Shown piece by piece: positions 39,025 to 48,150 of a DNA stretch of 64,000 bases (position 1 is the first letter of the stretch; each line of letters starts with the position of its first letter). The translations under genes were made by a program, and so were the position numbers. This DNA is from Candidatus Spongiisociaceae bacterium (lineage in GTDB: Bacteria > Actinomycetota > Acidimicrobiia > Spongiisociales > Spongiisociaceae): positions 640,001 through 704,000 of the forward strand of contig OZ241841.1 of the NCBI GenBank assembly GCA_965202665.1, in the 5' to 3' direction. Under the pieces are notes generated by a model, which worked only from the letters and a program-made list of their open reading frames with translations, did no database searches and had not been told where the DNA came from.

Positions 39025-40341
39025 ATGGAGACGGACGGGAGGACGCGCCGGGAGACGCATCGGGATGAAGGCTTCGTGCTGTTGGGAATGCCGGACATCA
39101 ACGGCTCCATCCGGGGCAAGGCCCTGCGCCCGGAGGCCTTCCAAAAAGCGGCGGAAGGGGGGACGGTGATGACCGACCTGTGGCTGGGTCTGGACCCGGT
39201 AGACGCCCCCATCACCGACTACCGGGAGTTTGGAATAAACACCGGGGCCCCCGACCTGTTGCTGACCCCCGACACCGGAACCTTGCACGAGCTGAGCTGG
39301 CGGCCGGGTTGGAAAATCTGCCTGGCCGACGCCGCCTGGCCGGACGGCTCCCCTTGCCGCCTGGCCGGACGGGAAGCGCTGCGGGAGGCGCTGGAGGACA
39401 TGTCGCAACTGGACTGCGAGGTTTTGGCCGGGTTTGAATACGAGATCCGCCTGCGGGACCGGGAGGGCCGGCCCCTGTCGTCCGGCATAAGCTACAGCCT
39501 GGACGAAGTGGGACGATTCGACCGGTTCCTGGCCCGATTGGTTCCGGCCCTGGAAGGCTTGGGGGTGCAACTGGAGGCGGCGCACACCGAAGCCGGACCG
39601 GGGCTTTTGGAGTTGAACGTGGCCGCCGAGGGGGGAATGCGGGCCGCCGACCAAGCCGCCCTGGCCAAGTTCGCAGTCAAAAACATAGCCGCCCAGCTGG
39701 GCCTGACCGCCAGTTTCCTGGCCAAAACGGAACCTTCGGAGGAGGGTTCCAGCGGCCACACCCACCTTTCGCTGTGGCGACAGGCGGTCAACGTCTTCGC
39801 CTCCCCGGATGATGGACAACCGGTCTCCCCGGAGTGCCGGTGGGCCATCGACGGGATTTTGCGGCACATGCCCGCCGCTTCGTTGCTGCTCAATCCGACC
39901 ATCAACTCCTACAAGCGGCTGGTGCCCGGTTTCTTCGCCCCGGTCAACGTCAGTTGGGGTTACGAAAACCGGTCGGCGGCGGTGCGGGCCATCCCCGGGA
40001 CCGGCCCGAAACGCACCCGTCTGGAATGCCGCCGCCCGGGGGCGGACGCCAACCCTTATCTGGTCCTGGCGGCCCTGGTGAGGGCGGCCGCCCTCGGCCT
40101 GCGGCGCCGAGCCGAGCCCCCGCCCCCGGAGGAGCGGGACGTCTCGGAACGGGCCGACCTGCCCCCCCTGCCCAATTCCCTGGAAGAGGCCCTGCGCCGT
40201 TTCCAAGAGGATGGGGAGTTTCGGGCCGCCCTGGGGGAAGAGTTCTGCGCCTACTACGAGGTTTCCCGTCGTTGGGAGCTGTCCGCCTGGCAACGGGCGG
40301 TAAGCGACTGGGAGAGGGAGCGCTACATCCGCGCGGTGTGA
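39025..40341 (+). CDS. Glutamine-synthetase-like gamma-glutamylamide ligase
   Basis: DINGSIRGK, GFEYE, HTEAGPGLLE, SSGHTHLS, NSYKRL, WGYENRS, ECRRPGADANPY; GFFAP replaces the GYEAP Glu-flap of true GS. Confidence 0.88.
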   Translation: METDGRTRRETHRDEGFVLLGMPDINGSIRGKALRPEAFQKAAEGGTVMTDLWLGLDPVDAPITDYREFGINTGAPDLLLTPDTGTLHELSWRPGWKICLADAAWPDGSPCRLAGREALREALEDMSQLDCEVLAGFEYEIRLRDREGRPLSSGISYSLDEVGRFDRFLARLVPALEGLGVQLEAAHTEAGPGLLELNVAAEGGMRAADQAALAKFAVKNIAAQLGLTASFLAKTEPSEEGSSGHTHLSLWRQAVNVFASPDDGQPVSPECRWAIDGILRHMPAASLLLNPTINSYKRLVPGFFAPVNVSWGYENRSAAVRAIPGTGPKRTRLECRRPGADANPYLVLAALVRAAALGLRRRAEPPPPEERDVSERADLPPLPNSLEEALRRFQEDGEFRAALGEEFCAYYEVSRRWELSAWQRAVSDWERERYIRAV

Positions 40342-40356
40342 AAACCGGGCGGGGGC

Positions 40357-41508
40357 CTACCAGCTGTCGTAGGCGTCCACCGGCCAGATGTCCACCAGCC
40401 GGTCGCCGCTCACCACGTGGTAGAAGCGGTAGAGCACCGCCGTTTGGTAGCAGTGGGGCGGGATCAACTCCACCGTATCCCCCACCGCCATCCGCTGGGC
40501 CGGGTCGGCGAAGGTGATCCGCCCCATATCGTCGCCCACCAGGGTGTAGACGGCCCCCGGCGGGGCCCCGGAGAAAATTTCGGGGGCGTCGATGCCGAAA
40601 ATGGCGTCCGTTTCTTTGATGCCGGCGTCGGTGATGACGAACCCCGGCTGGGCGTCGCTGATGACCGTGCTGCGCACCAGCAGGGCGTGCCCGAAAGGAT
40701 GGGGGTCGTCGCGCCGCATCTCCACCCGCCGGTAGTTCACGTCCATGAACACGTAGGTGCCGGCCTGCACTTCGGTCAGCAACCCCAGTTCGGGGTCGAT
40801 GTCGTGGGTGCCGGTGCCGCCCCCGGAAACGATTTCGGGCTCCAACCCGGCCTGGCGCAACCGCTCCACCGTCTCCGCCAACGGGCGCAGGATTTTCAAC
40901 CCGGCCTCCCGGCGGGCCGCAAAGTCGGCCATGTTCATATGGACGCCGTTGTATCCCTGCACCCCGGCGTATTCCAATCCGGGGGTTTCGGCCGTCAACC
41001 GGGCCAACTCCACCGCCGCCTCCGGGTCGGCCAATCCGGTGCGTCCCGCCCCCGCTTCCACATCCACCAGCACCCGCAACGGGTTCCCCGACCGGCGGGC
41101 CGCCTCCCCCAGCTGGAGGACGTTGGCGGCGTGATCGGAGGCCACCAGCATATCCCCGGTGCGGGCGTTCAAGGCGGCCAACCGTTCCAGTTTGGGGGGC
41201 GTCACCACGGAGGTGAACAGCATTATGTCGCGGAAACCCCCGTCGGCCATCGCCTCCGCTTCGGCGACGGTGGAGCAGCACGGCCCCAAGCCCCCGGCCT
41301 CCACCTGGCGGCGGGTGACCTCCGCCGACTTGTGAATTTTGGCCACCGGCCGCACCCGGTAGCCGTGGACCCGGGCGTGTTCGGCCAGCGAGGCGATGTT
41401 GGCTTCCATAACGTCCAGATCCAGCACCAAGGCGGGGGTTCCCAGCTGATGGCGGGAACCGGGACGGCCGATCAGCCCCTCGTTCGGTCCCCGGTCGCCC
41501 ATTGTCAT
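40357..41508 (-). CDS. DSD1/D-threonine-aldolase family PLP enzyme (fold III)
   Basis: TPALVLDLD, RPVAKIHK, GVQGYNG, SGGGTGT, EVQAGTYVFMD, ITDAGIK, PPHC; GAGGAGG SD. Confidence 0.88.
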   Translation of the reverse strand: MTMGDRGPNEGLIGRPGSRHQLGTPALVLDLDVMEANIASLAEHARVHGYRVRPVAKIHKSAEVTRRQVEAGGLGPCCSTVAEAEAMADGGFRDIMLFTSVVTPPKLERLAALNARTGDMLVASDHAANVLQLGEAARRSGNPLRVLVDVEAGAGRTGLADPEAAVELARLTAETPGLEYAGVQGYNGVHMNMADFAARREAGLKILRPLAETVERLRQAGLEPEIVSGGGTGTHDIDPELGLLTEVQAGTYVFMDVNYRRVEMRRDDPHPFGHALLVRSTVISDAQPGFVITDAGIKETDAIFGIDAPEIFSGAPPGAVYTLVGDDMGRITFADPAQRMAVGDTVELIPPHCYQTAVLYRFYHVVSGDRLVDIWPVDAYDSW

Positions 41509-41585
41509 CACCGCCTCCTCCCGCAGGTCCGCCCCCACCCTACCCGCTAAGCTGGCGGGCGGAGCAGTCAAAGGCGGGGAGGCAA

Positions 41586-42809
41586 ATGTTCGCGTTGGGC
41601 CTGCGGTGCGTGGAATGCGGCCGGGAAACCGACTTGGGCGGCCATTTCTTCGGTTGCGCGGGATGCGGCGGGGCCTTGGAAACCGTCTACGACTTGGCGG
41701 CGGCCGCGGCGGCGACCGACATCAATCAGTGGCGGGAACGTCCGGACCGTTCCATGTGGCGGTTCCGGGAGTTGCTGCCGGTGCGGGACCCGGCGGAGGC
41801 GGTCACCCTGGGGGAGGGCCGCACCCCCCTGTCCCCCCTCCCCCCGTCGGAGGGCAATCCGGTCTCCGGCCTGTGGGCGCAGAACGAAACGGTCAATCCC
41901 ACCTTCTCTTTCAAAGACCGCTTCCATTCGGCCTCCCTGTCCATGGCCCGCCAACTGGGCTACCGGCGGGTGGTGTGCTCCACCACCGGCAACCACGGGA
42001 TGAGCGCCGCCGCCTACGCGGCGCAGGCGGGAATGGAATGCGTAATCCTGGCGGACCCGCGGGCTCCGCTGGTGCAACGGCAGTGGATGCGGATGTTCGG
42101 GGCGCGGGTGATCGTCAAAATGAGCAGGCAGCCGCCGATGGAAAATTTCGCGCGCAACCACGGGTGGTATCCCTCCACCTACATGACCCCCAACCCGGCG
42201 GCCACCCCTTACGGCATGGAAGGCTACAAAACGATGGGCTACGACGCGGTGATGGCCCTGGAGCGGGTTCCGGATCATTTCATCGTTCCCATCGCCGCCG
42301 GGGACGGCCTCTACGGGCCGTGGAAGGCCTTCGGCGAAATGGCACGGCTGGGATGGACCGACTCGGTTCCCAAAATGCACGGGGTGCAACCGGCGGGGGC
42401 CAACCCGATCGTGCGGGCCTTCCGGGAAGGCTCCCATTCCGTCCCCTTCCTGGAAAACCCGGAGACGATCGCCCTGTCCATCGGCGACCCCACCGGCGGC
42501 CCGATGACTTTGCGGGCCATCCGGGATTCGGGCGGGCGGGCGGTGGACGTGACCGACGAGGAGATCAAGGCCGCCGTCCGTTACGCGGCCCGGCTGGGGC
42601 TCTGCCCGGAGCCGTCCTCGGCGGCGGCCATCGCCTGCGCCTGGAAACTGGCCGACCGGGGAGTGATCAAAGACGGGGAGAGCGCGGTGTGCCTGCTCAC
42701 CGGGGCCGGTCCCAAATGGCCGGAAACCACCGACCTGCTGCACGAGGGGGAGGAGTTGGCGGAACCGACCCCGGAGATCCTGGACCGCATCGCCCGGGGC
42801 GGGGAATGA
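41586..42809 (+). CDS. Threonine-synthase-like PLP enzyme (fold II)
   Basis: CxxC..CxxC N-terminus, MWRFRELLP, TLGEGRTP, NPTFSFKDR, STTGNHG, EGYKT, EPSSAA, LLTGAG. Confidence 0.87.
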   Translation: MFALGLRCVECGRETDLGGHFFGCAGCGGALETVYDLAAAAAATDINQWRERPDRSMWRFRELLPVRDPAEAVTLGEGRTPLSPLPPSEGNPVSGLWAQNETVNPTFSFKDRFHSASLSMARQLGYRRVVCSTTGNHGMSAAAYAAQAGMECVILADPRAPLVQRQWMRMFGARVIVKMSRQPPMENFARNHGWYPSTYMTPNPAATPYGMEGYKTMGYDAVMALERVPDHFIVPIAAGDGLYGPWKAFGEMARLGWTDSVPKMHGVQPAGANPIVRAFREGSHSVPFLENPETIALSIGDPTGGPMTLRAIRDSGGRAVDVTDEEIKAAVRYAARLGLCPEPSSAAAIACAWKLADRGVIKDGESAVCLLTGAGPKWPETTDLLHEGEELAEPTPEILDRIARGGE

Positions 42810-44065
42810 GGGCCGCGGACGCCGTCCGGATCGACGCCGGGACGTTGATCCCCGGCCGGGGGGAGCCGTTCCGCCCCGGGAGCCTGCTGATGGAAAACGG
42901 GGTGATCGCCTACGCCGGGCCGGAGGCCGGGGCTCCGGAGTCCGCGGCGGGGCGGACTTTCCGGGTCCCGACCCTGATGCCCGGAATGTGGGACTGCCAC
43001 GCCCATTTTTTCGGAACCGAAGCCGCCGACCTGAACCTGCTGGCCCTCACTCCCCTGCCGGTGATGGCGGTGCGGGCGGCCCGCGACGCCGGGCGGGTGC
43101 TACAGGCCGGTTTCACCAGCGTGCGGGAGTTGGGCGGGGTGGGGGTGTACCTGGCCCGGCTGGTGGAGGAGGGGACGTTGGCCGGGCCCGACATTTACGC
43201 GGCGGGTGCCGCCCTGGGTCCCACCGGGGGGCACAGCGACCTGCATTGGATGCCGGAGCGATGGCGGGACGAAATGGCCCTGTCCGGCAAAGGGTGGGTG
43301 GCGGTGTGCGACGGAGTGGAGGAATGCATTAAACAGGTGCGGCGGCAGGTTCGGCTGGGGGCGCAGGTGATCAAAATCAACGCCACCGGGGGAACGATGA
43401 GCCAGACCGACCACCCCCGCCGCCGCCAGTTCAACGACAAGGAGCTGCGGGCCATAGTGGAGGAGGCGGCCTTGGCGGAGTTGGCGGTGGCCGCCCACTG
43501 CCACGGCCTGGCCGGGGTGGCGGCCGCCGCCCGGGCCGGGGTGACCACCATCGAACATTGCAGCACCCTGGACGAGCCCACCGCGGAGCTGCTCTTGGAG
43601 CGGGGGGTGATAATCGTCCCCACCCGGATGGCGGTGACCCATCTGCTGAGCCTGCGCGGGCAGATACCGGAGGCGGCCTGGCGCTCACAGGCGGAGGTGG
43701 CGGCCTCCCATACCAAGGCACTGCGTTTGGCGATAGAAGCCGGCCTCCCCATCGCCACTGGGGCGGACATCATGTGCTCCGGCGGTGAGTGGGGAAGCAA
43801 CGGGCGGGAGGCTGTGTTGCTGGCGGAGGCGGGAATGACCCCTCTGCAGGCCATCGAGGCGGCCACCGCCCGCGGCCCGGCCACCCTGGGCCCCCGCGCC
43901 CCCCGCACCGGCCTGCTGGAGCCGGGCTACGCGGCGGACGTAATAGCGGTGTCCGCCGACCCGCTGGCCGACATCAACCTTCTGGCCGACCCGGACAACA
44001 TAACCATGGTCTGGAAAGGCGGCCGCCTCCTAAAATCCCCCCACACCCCCGAAACCCATTTTTGA
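42806..44065 (+). CDS. Metal-dependent amidohydrolase (Xaa-Pro dipeptidase-like)
   Basis: PGMWDCHAH, GFTSVRELG, GGHSD, VIKINATGG, AAHCHG, TIEHC, ATGAD; ATGA overlap. Confidence 0.9.
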   Translation: MRAADAVRIDAGTLIPGRGEPFRPGSLLMENGVIAYAGPEAGAPESAAGRTFRVPTLMPGMWDCHAHFFGTEAADLNLLALTPLPVMAVRAARDAGRVLQAGFTSVRELGGVGVYLARLVEEGTLAGPDIYAAGAALGPTGGHSDLHWMPERWRDEMALSGKGWVAVCDGVEECIKQVRRQVRLGAQVIKINATGGTMSQTDHPRRRQFNDKELRAIVEEAALAELAVAAHCHGLAGVAAAARAGVTTIEHCSTLDEPTAELLLERGVIIVPTRMAVTHLLSLRGQIPEAAWRSQAEVAASHTKALRLAIEAGLPIATGADIMCSGGEWGSNGREAVLLAEAGMTPLQAIEAATARGPATLGPRAPRTGLLEPGYAADVIAVSADPLADINLLADPDNITMVWKGGRLLKSPHTPETHF

Positions 44066-44120
44066 CCCAGCTTCGGTCAGCGGAGAGATCAAAACCGGCC
44101 GACCGCCAAGCGGGATGGGT

Positions 44121-45479
44121 TTAGTAGAGCTCCAGGTATTCGTTGGTTTCCCAGGGGGTTATTTCGTCGCCGCCTTCGGTTCCGCCGCCCTCTTCGGAAG
44201 CGAAGCGGCCCAACTCGTATCGGCGCACGGCTGACAGGACCGTTTTCAACTCCTCCCCGAAAAAGTCGGCGGAGGCCAAATCCGCTTCGAACCGGGCCAG
44301 CGCCTCCTCCAACGTGAGGGGCAGTTTGGGAAGCGACTCGTCCTCTTCGGCCGGTTGGCCCGCCCGGGAGGGAGGCTGGGGGTCCAAACCCTGTTCTATG
44401 CCGGCCAGCCCGGCGGACAGGACGGCCGCCGCCGCCAGATAGGGGTTGGACAGGCCGGAGGGGGAGCGGGTTTCTATCCGAGTGGTCTGCGGGGAGCCCG
44501 CTTTGACGCGCAACAGGGCGGAGCGGTCCTCCAACCCCCAGGAAATGTTGGTGGGGCTGAAAGTGTGGGTGCGGCGCCGGCGCCGGCAGTTGACGGTGGG
44601 GGCCAACAGGGCGTCGATGGAGTTGGCGTATTTGAGCAGGCCGGCCGCGAACCGCAGGCCGGTTTCGCTCAGGCCCTGCGGATGGCCGGGGTCGCCCATC
44701 ACGTTGTCCCCGCTCTCCGCATCCAGAAGCGACATGTGAATGTGGCATCCGCTCCCCGACTGGCCGCCGAACGGCTTGGTCATGAAAGTGGCCAAATAGC
44801 CGTCCTGATGGGCCATCTGCTTCACCCCGTTTTTGAAGGTGAAAGCGTTGTCGGGACCGGCCATGCCCCGGCCGGGGGCGTAGTTGATCTCCCACTGCGA
44901 GCCGGAGTATTCGCAGTTGGCGGTAATGATGTCCACCCCCATCTCCGGCATCAGATCCATTATCCGGGTGATGGTCGGCGCCCACTCGTTGCGCACCACG
45001 TTGAAAATGTGGTATCCCTCGAACAGTTGCTCCCGGGTCTGCCCGTCCAACAGGTAGAACTCGTATTCGCAACCGGTAAGCGGTTCGAAACCCATAGCCC
45101 GGGCCCGCTCCAGCGCCCGGCGGAACACGGCCCGGGGGGTGGCTTCCAGGACGGAGCCGTCGTACCAGCGGGCGTCGCAGATGAGGCGGGCCGAGCCGGG
45201 CGACCAAGGAACCAGCGAAGCCGTGTCCGGGTCGGGGAACAGCAGGCAGTCCCCGTATCCCGCCTCTTCGTTGTAGAGGCTGCCCCCCACCACATCGGAA
45301 CGGGTGTCCAGCACCGCCGTGCCCCCGTAGAAGTTGAGGCCGTGGCTGGCGTAGTGGCGGGCCGCCGACAGCGGAATCAGTTTGGTGCGGGAAGTGCCGT
45401 GCAAATCCGGCATCTCAAAACGCACCCGCTTGATCCCCGCCCCCTCCCACTGGTCGAATATGGCATCCAGTTGCGACAC
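44121..45479 (-). CDS. Second glutamine-synthetase-like gamma-glutamylamide ligase
   Basis: DLHGTSRTK, GCEYE, EYSGSQWE, TFMTKP, GSGCHIHMS, WGLEDRS, IETRSP, NPYL; lacks GYEAP; AAGGAGG SD before GTG 45479. Confidence 0.88.
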   Translation of the reverse strand: MSQLDAIFDQWEGAGIKRVRFEMPDLHGTSRTKLIPLSAARHYASHGLNFYGGTAVLDTRSDVVGGSLYNEEAGYGDCLLFPDPDTASLVPWSPGSARLICDARWYDGSVLEATPRAVFRRALERARAMGFEPLTGCEYEFYLLDGQTREQLFEGYHIFNVVRNEWAPTITRIMDLMPEMGVDIITANCEYSGSQWEINYAPGRGMAGPDNAFTFKNGVKQMAHQDGYLATFMTKPFGGQSGSGCHIHMSLLDAESGDNVMGDPGHPQGLSETGLRFAAGLLKYANSIDALLAPTVNCRRRRRTHTFSPTNISWGLEDRSALLRVKAGSPQTTRIETRSPSGLSNPYLAAAAVLSAGLAGIEQGLDPQPPSRAGQPAEEDESLPKLPLTLEEALARFEADLASADFFGEELKTVLSAVRRYELGRFASEEGGGTEGGDEITPWETNEYLELY

Positions 45480-45516
45480 CGAACCCTCCTTTACCGGTCG
45501 ATTGCCCCAAACCTTA

Positions 45517-45554
45517 ACTATAGCCGATGGCCGACCGCGCCGGGCGGCTATAGT
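45517..45554. promoter_or_regulatory. Symmetric divergent promoter/operator
   Basis: Perfect inverted repeat ACTATAGCCG-N18-CGGCTATAGT; each arm gives a TATAGT -10 facing one of the divergent genes. Confidence 0.6.
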
Positions 45555-45577
45555 CCGACTACGGAAAGGAACGGACA

Positions 45578-46921
45578 CTGAGCGAATCGGCTGTTTTTTA
45601 CCGCAGTCCGGGGGACGACTACCCGACCATCGTGCGCGGGTCGGGGGTCTACCTGTGGGATGCGGACGGCAAACAATACTTGGACTTGTCCAGCGGCCTG
45701 TCCTCCACCGCCGGGATCGGCCACGGCCGGGCCGACATTGCGGACGCCATGGCCGGCCAGGCCGCCCGGCTGTCGTTCGTGCACAACGCCAAATTGACCA
45801 ACGACCGGCAGGAGGAGTTGGCCCGGCGGCTGGCGGACCTGTCGCCGGAGGGAGTGGGCAAGGTGATGTTCACCTCCGGGGGTTCGGAGGCCAACGAGCT
45901 GTCGTTGCGCATCGCCCGCCAGTACCATTTGGCCCGGGGGGAATGGGAGCGCACGCGGGTGGTTTCCCTGGCCCCCGGCTACCATGGGGCCACCGCCGGG
46001 GCCATGGCCATGACCGGACGGTGGGACATCAGCCGCTCCTACGAACCTCATCTGGTGCCCGCCGTCAAAGTCCCGGCTCCCGTCAGTTTCCGAGGGCCTT
46101 TCGCCGGCCTGGCCGGAGAGGAGTTGGCGGACCGGGCGGCGGGGGCGGTGCGGGACGCCATCGAAGCGGCCGGCCCGCATACGGTGTCCGCTTTCATCGG
46201 GGAACCCGTTTCCCCTTCGGCGGGAATGGCCGTCCCGCCCGCCGGCTACTGGAAACGCATCCGGGAAATATGCGACCGGTACGGAATACTGTTCATCGCC
46301 GACGAGGTCATCACCGGAGCGGGACGCACCGGCCGCTTCCTGGCCATGGAGCATTTCGAGACCGTCCCCGATTTGACCAACCTGGCCAAAGGGCTGAGCG
46401 GCGGTTACGTTCCGCTGGGGGCCACCCTTATCCGGGAGGAGGTGGCGGAGGCGGTCGCCGTCCAGAACCGGTGCCTGGCGGAGGTGCACACTTTCAGCGG
46501 GGCCCCCATTTCCTGCGCCACCGGGCTGGCGGTGTTGGACGCCATAGAAAACGAAGGCTTAGTGGAAGCGGCGGAGAAAAAAGGGTTCTTTCTGCGCTCG
46601 CTGCTGGAGGAAGAGTTGGGGGAGTTGCCCATCGCGGGCGAGATTCGGGGCTTGGGCCTGATGGCGATGGTGGAATACGTCCGCTCCCGGGACACGCGGG
46701 AAAAACTCCCCCCGGAGTGGGGGGCGGCCTCCGCGCTGTGGGACGAAACGTTCCGGCGGGGGGTGATCGCCCCCACCCTGGGAATGTCGAGCGCCCTGGT
46801 AGGCGAATGCACCGCCTTCTACCCCGCCCTGACCATCGCCGAACGCGAACTGGAACAGGGCGTAGCCGTGCTGCGCTCCGTCCTGGAAGAACAATGCGCC
46901 AAATGGGGAATCAAGGCATAA
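45578..46921 (+). CDS. Third class-III PLP aminotransferase
   Basis: YPTIVRGSGVYLWD, SGGSEANE, GYHG, ADEVITGAGRTG, LAKGLSGG, HTF. Start CTG 45578 behind an AAAGGA SD; first canonical start is GTG 45632. Confidence 0.92.
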   Translation: MSESAVFYRSPGDDYPTIVRGSGVYLWDADGKQYLDLSSGLSSTAGIGHGRADIADAMAGQAARLSFVHNAKLTNDRQEELARRLADLSPEGVGKVMFTSGGSEANELSLRIARQYHLARGEWERTRVVSLAPGYHGATAGAMAMTGRWDISRSYEPHLVPAVKVPAPVSFRGPFAGLAGEELADRAAGAVRDAIEAAGPHTVSAFIGEPVSPSAGMAVPPAGYWKRIREICDRYGILFIADEVITGAGRTGRFLAMEHFETVPDLTNLAKGLSGGYVPLGATLIREEVAEAVAVQNRCLAEVHTFSGAPISCATGLAVLDAIENEGLVEAAEKKGFFLRSLLEEELGELPIAGEIRGLGLMAMVEYVRSRDTREKLPPEWGAASALWDETFRRGVIAPTLGMSSALVGECTAFYPALTIAERELEQGVAVLRSVLEEQCAKWGIKA

Positions 46922-46957
46922 ACGGCCGGCAACTGCGCCTGGATCTGAGGATTGGTT

Positions 46958-48133
46958 ATGGCTTATGACGCGATTGTAATCGGGGCCGGGTTGCCCGGGT
47001 TGCTGGCCGCTTGGCGGCTGGCGGAAGGCGGGTTTGCAACGGCGGTGGCCGAACGGCGGTGGACGGCCTCCGGCTCCAGTTCTTTGGCGGCCGGGCACGT
47101 GCCGCAGGATTCCACCTCCCCGGCCAACCTGGCCATTCTGCGGAGAACGAAAGCGGTGGTGGAGGAACTGGAACACCGCACCGGGGGGATGGTCCGCTTC
47201 GCCTCCGTGGGGGGAATCGGGTTGTCCACCTCCCCCGACGGAGCCCGCCTCTTCCGGGAAAGGGCCGCCCTGGCCGCCCGGCTGGGAACAGCCGGGGAAT
47301 GCTTGGAACCGGGGGAAGTCGCCGCCCGCTGGCCGGAGTTGAACGCGGAGGGGCTGACCGGCGGTTATTACACGGCCGGGGACGGGTTGGTGCGCTCCCA
47401 GCCTCTGGCGGCCGCCCTGGCCGCGGCCGCCGCCCAAGCCGGGGCGGAAATCTGGGAGGGGTGCCCGGTGGAATCGGTGCGGGTGGAAGGGGATCGGGTG
47501 ACCGGAGTGGCAATAGGGGGCGAAAAGGTGGCCGCCCGGCGGGCGCTGGTGGCGGCCGGGGCCTGGTCGGCCCCCCTCTTGGCGGCGAGCGGCCTGCGCC
47601 TCCCCGTCCGCACTTTCACGCTGACCGCGGCCTTCCTGGCCGGCGCGCCGACCGACCTGCCTTTCCTGTTCGAAATGGAGGCCGGGTTCTACGCCCTCCG
47701 GCGCTCGCCCCGCACCCTGTTGCTGGGCCTGCCCCCCGCCGATTTGGACGCCGACACGGAAAACTTCTCCCCCGACCCGGACCCGGCCGAGGCGAACCGC
47801 TTCCTGGAGATGTTGCGACGCCGGGTCCCCGCCCTGCGGTCGGCGACGATCGCCGGGGGCTGGACGGGAATCCTGACCGCCACCCCCGACGCCTGGCCCC
47901 TGTTGGGCCGGTTCGGACCCGACGGGATGTTTTTGGCGACCGGGTTCGGCGGGGGCGGGTTGCAGCGGATGGCGGCCGCCGAAGCGGTGGCGCAACTGAT
48001 GCTGGGCCGGGAACCCTTCTACGACCTTTCCGCCGGGGAGGCCCTCCGCTTCGACGGTTACCAAGGCGAGCCCTTCTCTTTCCGGGAAGGCCCCTTCTAC
48101 TACGGGGAAACCGGCGCAGCCCAACTCTGGTAG
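46958..48133 (+). CDS. FAD-dependent oxidoreductase (DAO/sarcosine oxidase beta-like)
   Basis: IVIGAGLPG, GSSSLAAG, VAAGAWS, TPDAWPLLG, TGFGGGG. Confidence 0.88.
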   Translation: MAYDAIVIGAGLPGLLAAWRLAEGGFATAVAERRWTASGSSSLAAGHVPQDSTSPANLAILRRTKAVVEELEHRTGGMVRFASVGGIGLSTSPDGARLFRERAALAARLGTAGECLEPGEVAARWPELNAEGLTGGYYTAGDGLVRSQPLAAALAAAAAQAGAEIWEGCPVESVRVEGDRVTGVAIGGEKVAARRALVAAGAWSAPLLAASGLRLPVRTFTLTAAFLAGAPTDLPFLFEMEAGFYALRRSPRTLLLGLPPADLDADTENFSPDPDPAEANRFLEMLRRRVPALRSATIAGGWTGILTATPDAWPLLGRFGPDGMFLATGFGGGGLQRMAAAEAVAQLMLGREPFYDLSAGEALRFDGYQGEPFSFREGPFYYGETGAAQLW

Positions 48134-48150
48134 GCCACCGGCCCGGCAAG

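Noticed and set aside
39025-45479. Calling the GS-like genes glnA, or 41586-42809 thrC
   Set aside because: The missing GYEAP flap and the catabolic context argue against housekeeping orthology, so symbols were withheld.
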